A stretch of 64,000 bases of DNA from an uncultured Gemmatimonadales bacterium (GCA_963851265.1 CAWKNZ010000002.1:1472001-1536000), one strand, 5' to 3'. Positions 44,016 to 54,826 are shown, numbered from the stretch's first letter. Numbers and translations are program-made. The notes: generated from the letters alone by a model not told the origin.

Positions 44016-45364
44016 GGAACGCCGAACGAGGTGCGGGGAACGTACGTGAGCCGAAGCCGCGGGCGCACTGCGACCGGCGCTTCGTTCGAGAAGAAACGGA
44101 CCTCGCTCGCCTGCGCGCCCTCGAGTGGCACGCGCAGCGCGATCGCCCGCATCGTCGTCGCCGGAAGCGACCGGAACGCTCGCACCAGGGTGACGAGCGA
44201 GAGCGAGCGCACGCCGCTGTCGGCCGGCGAAAGGGTGAGCGAGTCGGCGCTGAGGCCCGCCGGCGCCGCGAGAAGCGCCGCCTGGAACGGATCGGTCACG
44301 CTCGTGGTCGCGAGCACGGCCTCGCTCCGAAGGCGTACGGAGTCGCGCGCCGCCGCGTATCGCACCGGTTTTTGGGTCAGCTCCAGCACGGCGCGCACGA
44401 CGTCGGTCGAGTCGGTGAGCTTCACCGGGATGTTGAACTGCATCAGCGCCCGGAGCCCCGGCGTGCCCCCGACGACCAGGTCGGTCCCGTTCGGCGTCCG
44501 CGGCGACACGACGACGAGCGTCTGGTCGACTGCCGCCCCCGACGCGGTCACGTCTGACGCGGGGATGGCCGAGCTCGGGTTCACGGGCACCGCCTTGTAG
44601 CCGGTGTCGGTCGCGGCGTCGAACGAGAGCGATGGGCTCAGGGCGGAGAGCGAGGTGCCGCTCCGCACGCCGCGAATGCGCAGCTGGGCCCGCCCGCTGC
44701 TGACGATGCGAAGCCCGATCCGGAGGCGAGCGCCGGCCTTCGCCTTGGCCGCGAACGCGCTATCGCTCAGCGCGATGCGAAGCGTGTCGGCATAGATCCG
44801 ACCCGCCGGCAGTGCGAGCGTCCCGATCCGCCGGTCGCGCGTGAACTGCGCCGCGAGCGTCGCGGTGAGCGTGTCGGCCCCGCTCGGCGTATCGACGTCG
44901 TACGCCTCCAGCGTCGCGGGGTTCGCCAGCGAGTCCACCGTCGTCGTGTCACGGATGAGGCGCAGAAACGTGCTGTCCACTGCGGTGATCGCCACCGAGT
45001 CGCCGCCCGCCGCCGGTCCGTACTTCGAGGGAATCGTGTCGAACCGGATCACCGCGCGCACGTCGACGGAGTCCGGCGCGGGCGCGGTCGCGACGAACAG
45101 CGAGCGCGTCGCGCCCGTGAGCGGAAATCCGCTCAGCGTCGTGTCCAGCGCGACGGGGTCGAGCACGGTATCGCGGAGTTGCTCGTTGGCGAGCGGACAG
45201 AGAGTCGCACACGCCTTGCCGCTGTCGAGTTGCTCCGAACACGCGGCCGCGACCACGAGCACGACGAGGGCGAGGACGCCCGCCACGCGGCCGCGTACGG
45301 TGCCGCGCCACGAAGGGAGTGCGCGCAGCCAGAGCACTGCGCGCCTGAAGTACGAGTTCGACAT
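44012..45364 (-). CDS. Hypothetical lipoprotein
   Basis: Hydrophobic stretch ending VAAAC lipobox; beta-rich body; ends RPRLRLTYVPRTSFGVP. Confidence 0.65.
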   Translation of the reverse strand: MSNSYFRRAVLWLRALPSWRGTVRGRVAGVLALVVLVVAAACSEQLDSGKACATLCPLANEQLRDTVLDPVALDTTLSGFPLTGATRSLFVATAPAPDSVDVRAVIRFDTIPSKYGPAAGGDSVAITAVDSTFLRLIRDTTTVDSLANPATLEAYDVDTPSGADTLTATLAAQFTRDRRIGTLALPAGRIYADTLRIALSDSAFAAKAKAGARLRIGLRIVSSGRAQLRIRGVRSGTSLSALSPSLSFDAATDTGYKAVPVNPSSAIPASDVTASGAAVDQTLVVVSPRTPNGTDLVVGGTPGLRALMQFNIPVKLTDSTDVVRAVLELTQKPVRYAAARDSVRLRSEAVLATTSVTDPFQAALLAAPAGLSADSLTLSPADSGVRSLSLVTLVRAFRSLPATTMRAIALRVPLEGAQASEVRFFSNEAPVAVRPRLRLTYVPRTSFGVP

Positions 45365-45425
45365 CACGAACGTGAAAGAGTCGGCGCCGCCCGCGATCTG
45401 GCGGGGACGCGAGGGCCGGCAGCCG

Positions 45426-45848
45426 TCACGCGACGCCGAGCGAGGCGGGAACGAAGGGGCGCGGCAGCAGGTCGGCGAGCGTCCAGTCCATCGCGCGCCC
45501 GTCGGCCGCGACGCTTCGGATGGGCAGACTGGGCGCGAATTCGACGAGCACCTGGCGGCACTGGCCGCACGGCGGCGTCGGGTCGGCACCGTCGGTCACC
45601 AGCACGAGACGCTGGAACGTGCGGTGCCCGGCCGCGACGGCCGCCATCACCGCGCCGCGCTCGGCGCACATCCCGGCCGGGAACGCCGCGTTCTCGACGT
45701 TGCAGCCGGCCGCGATGGTACCGTCGGTCGTGAGAAGCGCGGCTCCGACCCGGAACCGCGAGTACGGCGCGTACGCGTTGTTCATCGCGCCCCGCGCCGC
45801 GGCCTCGACTGGGTCAGCCGCGAGCGCATCCGATGGCTCGACCGTCAT
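45426..45848 (-). CDS. cdd: Cytidine deaminase
   Basis: [31 protein letters not shown]. Confidence 0.95.
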   Translation of the reverse strand: MTVEPSDALAADPVEAAARGAMNNAYAPYSRFRVGAALLTTDGTIAAGCNVENAAFPAGMCAERGAVMAAVAAGHRTFQRLVLVTDGADPTPPCGQCRQVLVEFAPSLPIRSVAADGRAMDWTLADLLPRPFVPASLGVA

Positions 45849-47032
45849 CGGGCCGCGCCGCCGAGCAGCGTCGGCAGGAACGAGGTGCCGGCGCCCGTGA
45901 ACGGTACGCCGAACCACGCGGCCACCGTCGCCCCAAGATCGGCGAACGTCGCCCGCGTACCCAGCGGAACGGGACGGACGCGCGGCCCCCGCACGAGCAG
46001 CGGGACGAACTCGCGCGCGTGGTCGGTAGACGGCGTGGTCGGGTCGTTGCCGTGGTCGGCGGTTATGAACAGCAGGTCGTCCTCGCGGAGCGCGGCTTCG
46101 AGCGCGGGCACCGCGGCGTCGACCGCGCGGAGCGCATCGGCGAACCCGACCGGATCGTTCCGGTGCCCGTACAGAGTGTCGAAATCTACGAGGTTGGCGA
46201 AGAGCAGTCCGTCACCGCCGTTCGCGACCCACTCCTTCACGCGCGCGAGCCCTTCCGCGTTGCCGTCCGTATGGTGGGCGACGAGCGACCGACCGGCGAA
46301 CAGATCGTCGACCTTTCCGACGCCGCGGCGCGCGATCCCTGCGCTCGCGAGCGCGTCGAGCACCGTCTCGGCCGGCGGCGGGAGCGAGTAGTCCCGGCGA
46401 TTGGCCGTCCGCCGGTACGCCCCCGCCTCGCCGACGAACGGTCGCGCGATCACGCGCGACACGTCATGCGGCGCGACGAGCAGCGCGCGTGCGGTCTCGC
46501 ACGCCGCGTACAACTCGTCGAGCGGCACGACGTGCTCGTGCGCCGCGATCTGGAAGACCGAATCTGCGGACGTGTAGACGATCCACGCGCCGCGTGCGGC
46601 CTGCTCGGCGCCGAACGCGTCGAGCACCGCCGTTCCGCTCGCGACGACGTTACCGATCACTGGCCGGCCCGTGAGGCGCTCGAACTCGTGGATCAGCGAG
46701 ACCGGAAATCCACCCGGGTAGGTGGGGAACGGGCGAGCGAGTCGAATCCCGGCGATCTCCCAGTGTCCGGTCGTGCTGTCCTTGCCGGCGGACGCCGGTT
46801 GCATGCGCCCCCACGCCGCGGCCGGCGCTGCGACCGGCGGCACACCGCGCAGATGGGCGATGCACCCGAGGCCGAGCCGTTCGAAGTTCGGCAACGCGAG
46901 GCCGCCGACCGCGTCACAGACATGAGCGAGCGTGTCGCTGCCGACGTCACCGTACGCGGCGGCGTCGGGCGCGGCACCGATTCCGACGCCGTCGAGCACG
47001 AGGATGATCGCGCGGCGACTCGGCTTCGTCAC
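45845..47032 (-). CDS. deoB: Phosphopentomutase
   Basis: [48 protein letters not shown]. Confidence 0.95.
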   Translation of the reverse strand: MTKPSRRAIILVLDGVGIGAAPDAAAYGDVGSDTLAHVCDAVGGLALPNFERLGLGCIAHLRGVPPVAAPAAAWGRMQPASAGKDSTTGHWEIAGIRLARPFPTYPGGFPVSLIHEFERLTGRPVIGNVVASGTAVLDAFGAEQAARGAWIVYTSADSVFQIAAHEHVVPLDELYAACETARALLVAPHDVSRVIARPFVGEAGAYRRTANRRDYSLPPPAETVLDALASAGIARRGVGKVDDLFAGRSLVAHHTDGNAEGLARVKEWVANGGDGLLFANLVDFDTLYGHRNDPVGFADALRAVDAAVPALEAALREDDLLFITADHGNDPTTPSTDHAREFVPLLVRGPRVRPVPLGTRATFADLGATVAAWFGVPFTGAGTSFLPTLLGGAAR

Positions 47033-47056
47033 GCCGCCACCGTCACGTTCGCCACG

Positions 47057-48202
47057 TCACGACGCGGCGCCGACGTAGCGGCGCGGCACGCGCATCGCGA
47101 GCCCAGTCAGCAACTCGTACGGCGACAGCTCCGCACGCGCGGCCACGCCGGCCACGGTCAGCACGCCGCCGGCGGAGGTGCCGATGAGCGTGGCCACGTC
47201 GCCGATCGCGCACGGGATGTCAGTGACGTCGAGCATCGTCATGTCCATGGTCACGAGGCCGGCGACGCGGGCGAGCCGGCCGTTGAGCAACACCTCACCC
47301 CGGTTGGACAGGGCGCGGCGATAACCGTCCGCGTACCCCGCCGCGACGGTCGCGATCCGCCGCGCGTGCTCGGCACGCGACGTCGCGCCATAGCTGACGC
47401 CCTCCCCGGCCGGGAGCTCGCGCAGATCGACGACGCGCGCGCGCAGATGCGCGACGGGCGCGGGCTCGAGCAGATCGACGGCGCGACGCGCCGCGGTCGA
47501 AACGCCGTACACGAAGATTCCGGGCCGAACGAGGTCCCACGGCGAGGGCGCGACGGATTCCACCGCCGGCCCGTTCTCCGCATGCAGTAGTCGCGGTCGG
47601 GCCGGGAGTCGCGCGATCGCGCTCAGGAAGCGCGAGGTCTGCTCGTCGCGCGTGCCGTCCGCCCGGTCCGCGGAGTGGAAATGCGTGTACGCGCCCTCCG
47701 GGGGATGCGCCGCGATCGCGGCGATGAGGTCGTCGTCGAGCGCGTACCACGGCACGCCCGCGCGCGACATCCCGGTATCGATCCCGAGGTGCCACGGCGC
47801 GTCCAGCGCCGCGGCGGCCCACGCGCGGACGTCGCCCGCACGGTGGAGCGTCGGCGTCATGCCTAACGCATGCGCGTGCGCGAACTCGCACACGAGCAGC
47901 GGAGTCGTCACCAGCAGCCGAGCGGAGATCCGCGCGGCCCGCAACGCCGCGCCCTCGGCCACGCTCGCGACGCCGAATCCCCAGGGATCACCGGCCGCGC
48001 CGAGCGCGCGCGCGACCGCGACCGCGCCCAGGCCGTAGCCGTCGGCCTTGATCATCGGCACGAGCGGCACGCGCGCGCGCGCGCGCAGCGACCGCGCGTT
48101 CGCGACGAGGGCGTCGAGATCGACGTCGAGCCACGCCCGCGCCGTCGACGCATCGTCGAACCCGGCGCCCGAGCTCACGCGTCCGATAGATTCTGCGGCC
48201 AT
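47057..48202 (-). CDS. alr: Alanine racemase
   Basis: MIKADGYGLG (PLP Lys), DTGMSR, VRPGI, GYADG, MDM. Confidence 0.93.
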   Translation of the reverse strand: MAAESIGRVSSGAGFDDASTARAWLDVDLDALVANARSLRARARVPLVPMIKADGYGLGAVAVARALGAAGDPWGFGVASVAEGAALRAARISARLLVTTPLLVCEFAHAHALGMTPTLHRAGDVRAWAAAALDAPWHLGIDTGMSRAGVPWYALDDDLIAAIAAHPPEGAYTHFHSADRADGTRDEQTSRFLSAIARLPARPRLLHAENGPAVESVAPSPWDLVRPGIFVYGVSTAARRAVDLLEPAPVAHLRARVVDLRELPAGEGVSYGATSRAEHARRIATVAAGYADGYRRALSNRGEVLLNGRLARVAGLVTMDMTMLDVTDIPCAIGDVATLIGTSAGGVLTVAGVAARAELSPYELLTGLAMRVPRRYVGAAS

Positions 48203-48250
48203 GGGCGCGCAACGTACCAACCGCTGAAGAGTTCGGGCAAGAACGAAGGC

Positions 48251-49033
48251 ATGCAACACAAGGCCACGCTTGCGGATACGCTCGCGCTGATGCGCGACCT
48301 GCGCGCGCGCTGCGAGTGGGACCGCGCGCAAACGCACAGCTCGCTGCGACCGTACCTGATCGAGGAAGCACACGAGGTCGACGACGCGATCCGCGAGGGC
48401 GACGACGCCGCCCTGCGCGAGGAGCTCGGCGACCTGCTGCTTCAGGTCGTCTTCCACGCCGTCGTCGCCGAGGAGCGAGGGGCGTTCGACCTCGGCGACG
48501 TCGCGCAGTCGCTCGTCACGAAGATGCGCGACCGGCACCCGCACCTGTACCCGACCGACGGCGCCGACGGCCCGACCGAGCGCCCGAGCTGGGAGGGGAT
48601 GAAGGCCCGCGCGCGCAAGGGCGGCATCGACCGCGGGCTGCCGGCCGCCCTCCCCGCCCTCCACCGCGCGCATCGGCTGCAGGACCGCGCCGCGGGCGTG
48701 GGCTTCGACTGGCCTAACGCGGACGGGCCGGCCGACAAGGTCGCCGAGGAACTCGGCGAGGTGCGCCAGGAGCTCGCGGCGGGCGGCGGAGCGGGCGGGC
48801 GCGACCACGGCGCGGTCGAAGCCGAACTCGGCGACCTGCTGTTCGCCGTCGTCAACCTGTGTCGCAAGAGCGGCGTGCACGCCTCGCTCGCGCTCGACCG
48901 CGCGAACGCCAAGTTCACGAGCCGGTTCAACGCCGTCGAGCGCCTCGCGGCCGAACGCGGAATCGACGTGGCCGACGCCGGGATCGAGGTCCTCGACGGG
49001 CTGTGGGACGAGGTGAAGGCCGCGGAGCGCTGA
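48251..49033 (+). CDS. mazG: Nucleoside triphosphate pyrophosphohydrolase MazG
   Basis: CEWDRAQT, EEAHE, EELGDLLLQVVFH, GFDW, ELGDLLF. Confidence 0.93.
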   Translation: MQHKATLADTLALMRDLRARCEWDRAQTHSSLRPYLIEEAHEVDDAIREGDDAALREELGDLLLQVVFHAVVAEERGAFDLGDVAQSLVTKMRDRHPHLYPTDGADGPTERPSWEGMKARARKGGIDRGLPAALPALHRAHRLQDRAAGVGFDWPNADGPADKVAEELGEVRQELAAGGGAGGRDHGAVEAELGDLLFAVVNLCRKSGVHASLALDRANAKFTSRFNAVERLAAERGIDVADAGIEVLDGLWDEVKAAER

Positions 49034-49059
49034 CCGCGCGGCGGCCGGCCGAGCAGGTC

Positions 49060-50361
49060 CTACGGCCGGAGCCGCTCCATCATCCGCGGGAACGGGATCA
49101 CCTCGCGGATGTGCTCGATGCCGCAGATCCAGGCCACCGTCCGTTCGAGCCCGAGCCCGAAGCCCGAGTGGACGAAGCTGCCGTACTTCCGCAGGTCGAG
49201 GTACCACCCGTACGCGTCGAGGGGCAGCCCTTCCTCGATGATCCGCGCGCGCAGCTTGTCGTAGTCGTCCTCGCGCTGTGACCCGCCGACGATCTCGCCG
49301 CGGCCTTCGGGCGCGAGCAGGTCCGAGCATCGCACGGTCCGCGGGTCGGCCGGGTTCTCTTTCATGTAGAAGGCCTTCGCCTCCTTCGGGTAGTTCACGA
49401 CGAACACCGGCCGGTCGTACGCGTCGACGATCTTGGCCTCGTCGGGCGCGCCGAGGTCCTCGCCCCACACGGTCTCGCTCCCCTTGCTCCGCACCAGTTC
49501 GACCGCGTCGCCGTAATCGAGGCGCACGAAGGGCGGCGTGATCAGCGTAAGCCGCGCGGTGTCGCGCTCGAGCACCTTCAGCTCCTCGCCACGCCGCTCG
49601 AGCGTACGCTCGACGAGGTACGCGACGAGCTCCTCCTGCAGCCGCATGTTGTCGTCCTGATCGAACCACGCCATCTCGGGCTCGATCATCCAGAACTCGG
49701 TGAGGTGCCGCCGCGTCTTCGACTTCTCCGCGCGGAACGTCGGTCCGAACGTGTAGATCCGGCCTAACGCCGCGGCGAGCGCCTCGCCGTAGAGCTGCCC
49801 GGTCTGAGCGAGGTAGGCGGTGCCCTCGTCGAAGTACTCGGTCGAGAACAGCCCCGAGCGCTCGCCGATCGCGGCGGTGAGGATCGGCGTGTCGCAGCGG
49901 ACGAACTCGCGCGCGTAGAAGAAGTCGTGGATCGCCTGCTCGATCTCGTGCCGCACGCGCAGGATCGCGGCCTGCCGCTGGCTTCGCAGCCAGAGGTGGC
50001 GGTGGTCGAGCAGGAAGTCGACGCCGTGCTCCTTCGGCTGGATCGGGTAGTCCGGGTCGCTCGCGCCGAGCAACTCTACGCTGTCGGCGCCCATCTCGTA
50101 CCCGCCGGGCGCCCGCGCATCGGCCCGGACCTCGCCGGTGACCGCCACGGCGCTCTCGAGCGTGAGCGCGCCGAACGTGGCCCACGTCTCCGGGCTCACC
50201 GCATTCTTGACGAGCACGGCCTGCAGCACGCCCGTGCCGTCACGCACGACGAGGAAGGCCACCTTGCCCGACGATCGGACACGCGTGACCCATGCGCGTA
50301 CCGTGACGCGCGATCCGACATGGCGACCCAACTCGGCGATCCGGGCGAACGGAGATGTCAT
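49060..50361 (-). CDS. asnS: Asparagine--tRNA ligase
   Basis: RHLWLRS, FGPTFRAEKSKTRRHLTEFWMIEPE, GEIVGGSQRE, GFGLGLER. Confidence 0.95.
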   Translation of the reverse strand: MTSPFARIAELGRHVGSRVTVRAWVTRVRSSGKVAFLVVRDGTGVLQAVLVKNAVSPETWATFGALTLESAVAVTGEVRADARAPGGYEMGADSVELLGASDPDYPIQPKEHGVDFLLDHRHLWLRSQRQAAILRVRHEIEQAIHDFFYAREFVRCDTPILTAAIGERSGLFSTEYFDEGTAYLAQTGQLYGEALAAALGRIYTFGPTFRAEKSKTRRHLTEFWMIEPEMAWFDQDDNMRLQEELVAYLVERTLERRGEELKVLERDTARLTLITPPFVRLDYGDAVELVRSKGSETVWGEDLGAPDEAKIVDAYDRPVFVVNYPKEAKAFYMKENPADPRTVRCSDLLAPEGRGEIVGGSQREDDYDKLRARIIEEGLPLDAYGWYLDLRKYGSFVHSGFGLGLERTVAWICGIEHIREVIPFPRMMERLRP

Positions 50362-50410
50362 TGTCTGCAAAGGAGTTAGCTGGCGCGTCCGCGCCTGGAA
50401 CGGCCGTCGC

Positions 50411-50440
50411 AACCTACCCCGCGCAGGACGACCGCGTCAA
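50411..50440 (-). promoter_or_regulatory. Putative sigma-70 promoter of asnS
   Basis: Minus strand TTGACG-N18-TAGGTT, about 50 nt upstream of the ATG. Confidence 0.5.
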
Positions 50441-50529
50441 CGCGACGCGCGGCCACGCGGCGGGCACACCGCTCGCGTGCCCGCCGTGAGCGCTATCTTC
50501 GCCGGGACCGCTTTCCCGTCCGACCAACC

Positions 50530-52092
50530 GTGACGCTCCGACTCCGCCTCGTCCTCGGCCTCGCGGCCGTGGTCCTGTTGCTCGCGACACCGCTCGGCCT
50601 GGCGCTTCACGCGCTCCGCGGCGCGGAGTCGGCCGCGTCCAACCTCCGAACACAGGACGTGGCGGCGTCGCTGCTCCTCGGCCGCGTTCGCGCGACGACG
50701 CAGGCCCTCCGGGACAACGACCTGTCCGCGACCGCCGGCTGGCCCGGTGATCCGAGAACGCTGTCCGAGATCGACGCGAACGCGGCGACGTTGCACATGC
50801 TCGCGGACTCGACCCGTGCGTACGGGCTCAACGCCTTCGCCGCCCAGATCGCGACGACCGCCGCGATCGTCGCCGCGAACGGACCCGCGGAGTGGACGGC
50901 GTACGCCAACAAGCAGCCGCTGCTCGCCGACAGCATCTCCACCCATCGGGTGATTCCCGCTCTCGTCGACGTCGACCGCGCGCTCGCCGAGGCGACTCGC
51001 GAGATCGATGCGCGTGCGGAGCGGCACACCTCGGAGGTCGAGACGGCTGCCGGCCTCGCGCGCCAACAGGCGTTCTCGCTCTTCGTCGCGGCGCTCGCCG
51101 GCGCGCTCGCGGTCACGGTGTGGCTCACGCGAACGGTGAGCGGCTCGGTCCGCACCATCGAGCGCGGTCTCGCCGCGGTCGCCGCGGGCCGGTTCGACCA
51201 CACGCTCGGCGTGCGCGCCTCCGATCGCGACGAGTTCGGCCGCCTGGCGGGCAGCTTCGAGCAGATGGCGGCGAAGCTCGCCGAGCTCGACAAACTCAAG
51301 TCCGCGTTCGTCTCGGTCGCGTCGCACGAGCTCAAGACGCCGATCAACGTCATCCTGGGTTACCTCACCCTCCTGAACGACGGGATCTACGGGCCCGTCG
51401 CGGAATCGCAGTGCGACGTGCTCTCGACCATCGAACGGCAGACGCGGACGCTCTCCCGCCTCGTCCAACACTTGCTCGACGTGAGTCGATTCGAAGCCGG
51501 CGTGGCACGCCTCGAACTCCGCCCCGTGGCACTCCGCCCGATCCTCCACGAAACCGAACAGTCGCACGCGGTGCTCGCACACCAGCGCAACATCGCGTTT
51601 CACGCGCGCGTCGCGCCCGAGCTGCCAGACGTCGTCACGTGGGACGCGGACCGCGTGCGCGAGGTGCTCGACAACCTGCTCAGCAACGCGGTCAAGTTCA
51701 CCCCGCCCGGCGGATCGGTCGAACTCGAGGTCTCGTGCGACCGGCGTCAGCACCCGCCATCCGTCCGCCTCACCGTCTGCGATTCCGGCGTCGGCATCCC
51801 CGCGGAGCAGCTGCCGCGCGTGTTCGAAAAGTTCTACCAGGCGAACAACCAGGGCGGCGCCGCGGCAAAGGGCACCGGGCTGGGACTCGCGATCTCGAAG
51901 GAGATCGTCGAGGCGCACGGCGGCTTCATCGAGGTGTCGAGCACGCCGGGCGTGTGCACGGAGTTTGTCGTGACGCTGCCGGTCACGGCGCACGACGTGA
52001 CCGCGCTGGTCACCGCGGACGAGCGGCCGGAGCCCGATCACGAGACGGACGCGCTGCAACGCCGCGCATCGGCCGGGGCTACGATCGCGTGA
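50530..52092 (+). CDS. Membrane sensor histidine kinase (two TMs, HAMP, HisKA, HATPase)
   Basis: DEFGRLAGSFEQM HAMP, SHELKTP, NLLSNAVKF, GTGLGLAI. Confidence 0.92.
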   Translation: MTLRLRLVLGLAAVVLLLATPLGLALHALRGAESAASNLRTQDVAASLLLGRVRATTQALRDNDLSATAGWPGDPRTLSEIDANAATLHMLADSTRAYGLNAFAAQIATTAAIVAANGPAEWTAYANKQPLLADSISTHRVIPALVDVDRALAEATREIDARAERHTSEVETAAGLARQQAFSLFVAALAGALAVTVWLTRTVSGSVRTIERGLAAVAAGRFDHTLGVRASDRDEFGRLAGSFEQMAAKLAELDKLKSAFVSVASHELKTPINVILGYLTLLNDGIYGPVAESQCDVLSTIERQTRTLSRLVQHLLDVSRFEAGVARLELRPVALRPILHETEQSHAVLAHQRNIAFHARVAPELPDVVTWDADRVREVLDNLLSNAVKFTPPGGSVELEVSCDRRQHPPSVRLTVCDSGVGIPAEQLPRVFEKFYQANNQGGAAAKGTGLGLAISKEIVEAHGGFIEVSSTPGVCTEFVVTLPVTAHDVTALVTADERPEPDHETDALQRRASAGATIA

Positions 52093-52700
52093 GCCGCGAC
52101 GTGTCGATCGTGCCAACGACGGCGGGACGCACGTGGGCCGGCCCACGCACGCTGCTCGCGTGCGCGAGTGTCGTCGCAGCGGGTTGCGCCGGTCGACGCC
52201 CGCCGGTAGCGGCTCCGGTCGTCGACCCGGTCGTCGCGCTGTGGTCGACGACGCTCGATAGCGCTCGCGCCGCGATCGCGAACGGGCACGGACCGCACGC
52301 CGATACGCTGCTGACCACATTCCGGCAACGCTTCGCCGGTCGACCGGAAAGCGCCGAAGCGCTCTACTGGCGCGCCCTCGCGCGCGTCGACGCGCCGGCG
52401 CCCGCCGGGGGCGTCCGCCCGGCCGTGTCGGACCTCGACGCCTATCGCGCCACGCTCACGCCCGCGCACCGGGCCGAGGCGTCCGCTCTCCGCCGCGTCT
52501 TCGCGCAACTCGACTCGGCGCGCGCGGTGACGATCGTGGTCGACCGTCCAGCCGCGGCATCGCGCGCGGGACTCGTCTCGCGCGACAGCCTCCGCGCCCT
52601 CGAGGACGAGTTGCAACGCGTTCGCACCGACGCGGCGGCTACGCAGACAGAGCTCGACCGCGTCCGCCGCCGCCTCGCCGCGCCGAGCCGCCGCCCGTAG
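52089..52700 (+). CDS. Hypothetical lipoprotein (TPR-like helices plus C-terminal coiled coil)
   Basis: VAAGC lipobox; AEALYWRAL; LEDELQRVR...ELDRVRRRL; GTGA overlap with the kinase stop. Confidence 0.7.
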   Translation: MSRDVSIVPTTAGRTWAGPRTLLACASVVAAGCAGRRPPVAAPVVDPVVALWSTTLDSARAAIANGHGPHADTLLTTFRQRFAGRPESAEALYWRALARVDAPAPAGGVRPAVSDLDAYRATLTPAHRAEASALRRVFAQLDSARAVTIVVDRPAAASRAGLVSRDSLRALEDELQRVRTDAAATQTELDRVRRRLAAPSRRP

Positions 52701-52726
52701 CGCCGGGTCGGGCTCGGCCGGGGCGT

Positions 52727-54817
52727 CTACCCGACGCGGAACAGCTCCATCGCGCGGGCGTACCGCGCGCCGAGGATCGCGCGGAACTCACGGTGCTCCG
52801 GGCGCGCCAGCTCCGGATCGCTCGCGAGCAGCAGGTCGGCCGACGCGCGCGCGCGGAGGTTGAGTTCCTCGTCGCGCACGGGGTCGGCGATGCGGAACGC
52901 GGGATCGCCGCTCTGCTGCTTGCCGAACAGGTCGCCCATTCCCCGCAGCTGCAGGTCGGCGCGCGCGATCTCGAACCCGTCCTCCGTGCCGACGAACACG
53001 CGCAGCCGTTCGGCCGCCTCGTTGCCGACGTCGCCGAGCAGCACGCAGTAGCTCTGCTCGCCGCCGCGCCCGACGCGCCCGCGCAGCTGGTGCAGCTGTG
53101 AGAGGCCGAAACGCTCAGGGTGCTCGATCAGCATCACCGTCGCGTTCGCGACGTCGATGCCGACCTCGATCACCGTCGTGGCCACGAGCACGTCGAGCTC
53201 GCCGTCGCGGAAGGCGCGCATCACTGCGTCCTTGTCGTCCCCCGGAAGCTTGCCGTGCAGCAACCCGAGCCTGCGGTGCGCGAGCGCGCCGCCGCGCAGC
53301 TCGTCGAAGGCCACGGTCGCGGCCTTGAGGTCGAGCTTTTCGCTCTCGGCGACCAGTGGGTAGACGATGTACGCCTGCCGCCCGGCCGCGACCTGCTGGT
53401 CGACGAAGGCGAGCACGCGGTCGCGCGCGTTCTCCGGGCGGAGCGCGCTCGTGATCGGACGGCGTCCCGGCGGCTTCTCGTCGAGGATGCTCACGTCGAG
53501 GTCGCCGTGCAGCGTGAGCGCGAGCGACCGCGGGATGGGGGTTGCCGTCATGAGCAGCACGTCGGGCGTGCGACCCTTCGCGCCTAACGCCTTCCGCTGC
53601 TCCACGCCGAACCGGTGCTGCTCGTCGATCGCGACGAAGCCGAGCCGCGCGAAGTGGGTCGCCTCCTGCACGAGCGCGTGCGTGCCGACCACGAGGAGCG
53701 GCTCGTCGCGCGCCATGCGCGCGGCCGCTTCGCGCCGCTCCCGCGCGCCGAGCCGGCCGGTGACGAGCACCGGTTCGATCCCGAGGGGCGCGAGGAGGCG
53801 CGCGAAGGTGCGCTGGTGCTGCTCGGCGAGCAGTTCGGTGGGCACCATCACGGCCGCCTGCGCGCCGTTCTCCATCGCGAGCAGCGAGGCGAACAGCGCG
53901 ACGATCGTCTTCCCGCTGCCGACGTCGCCCTGGAGCAACCGGTGCATCCGGCGCGCGCTCGTCATGTCGATCACGATCTCGCGGAGCGCGCGCGTCTGGG
54001 CGCCGGTCAGCTCGAACGGCAACGCGGCCTTCAGCTTGGACGTCAGGTCCCGCCGGTTGACGAGGGCCACCCCGTCGCGCCCCTCGCGCGCGATCGCGTT
54101 CGCGCGGCGGTGAAGGATCTGCCACGCGAGCAGTTCCTCGAACGCGAGCCGCGCGCGCCCGTCCAGCGCCTCGGCGATCGACGTCGGACGGTGCACCATG
54201 CGCAGCGCGTCGGGCAGGTCCGGGACGCCCGCGTCGCGCAGAATCGCCGCGGGTAGGTGCTCGCGAATTTGCGGCAGGAGCTCGTCGAGGTGCGCCTCGA
54301 TCAGCGCCCGGATCTGCTTGAAGCTGAGGCCCTCGGTCGCCGGGTACACCGACAGCACGCGACCGCCGACGGTGCCGGCGTCCTCGGGCCCGAGGTTGAC
54401 GAACTCGCGCGGCTGCAGCTGACGACCGTGGAAGAAGCGGACGCTACCACTCAGCAGGAGCATGTCGTTCTTCTGGATCACGCGGTCGAGGAACGGCTGG
54501 CCCGGCCAGCTCGCCTCGAGCATCCCGCTCGCGTCCTGCACCACCGCCTGGAAGATGCGGAGCCCCTTCCGCGTCGGCACCACGCCCTTGGAGATCACGC
54601 GCCCGATCACCGTGCCGTCCATCCCGGGTTCGAGCGCGGCGATCCGCGTGACGGTGCTCGCGTCCTCGTAGCGGTGCGGTACGTGGAGGAGGAGGTCGCG
54701 CGCGGTGTGAATTCCGAGGCGGCCGAGCGCTTCGGCGCGCGCCGGCCCCACGCCCTTGATGTAGGTGACCGGCGTGTCCAGCGTGAGGCGCGGGGCGGCG
54801 CTGCGCGACGCGGGCAC
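52727..54817 (-). CDS. recG: ATP-dependent DNA helicase RecG
   Basis: LLQGDVGSGKT, DEQHRFG, MTATPIPRSL, QLHQLRGRVGRG. Confidence 0.97.
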   Translation of the reverse strand: MPASRSAAPRLTLDTPVTYIKGVGPARAEALGRLGIHTARDLLLHVPHRYEDASTVTRIAALEPGMDGTVIGRVISKGVVPTRKGLRIFQAVVQDASGMLEASWPGQPFLDRVIQKNDMLLLSGSVRFFHGRQLQPREFVNLGPEDAGTVGGRVLSVYPATEGLSFKQIRALIEAHLDELLPQIREHLPAAILRDAGVPDLPDALRMVHRPTSIAEALDGRARLAFEELLAWQILHRRANAIAREGRDGVALVNRRDLTSKLKAALPFELTGAQTRALREIVIDMTSARRMHRLLQGDVGSGKTIVALFASLLAMENGAQAAVMVPTELLAEQHQRTFARLLAPLGIEPVLVTGRLGARERREAAARMARDEPLLVVGTHALVQEATHFARLGFVAIDEQHRFGVEQRKALGAKGRTPDVLLMTATPIPRSLALTLHGDLDVSILDEKPPGRRPITSALRPENARDRVLAFVDQQVAAGRQAYIVYPLVAESEKLDLKAATVAFDELRGGALAHRRLGLLHGKLPGDDKDAVMRAFRDGELDVLVATTVIEVGIDVANATVMLIEHPERFGLSQLHQLRGRVGRGGEQSYCVLLGDVGNEAAERLRVFVGTEDGFEIARADLQLRGMGDLFGKQQSGDPAFRIADPVRDEELNLRARASADLLLASDPELARPEHREFRAILGARYARAMELFRVG

Positions 54818-54826
54818 GGGTCCTCG

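Noticed and set aside
47057..50185. Apparent 1042-aa ORF suggesting a large alanine racemase fusion
   Set aside because: The upstream part is an off-frame read of asnS and antisense of mazG. The real alr starts at ATG 48202 after a -10 box.
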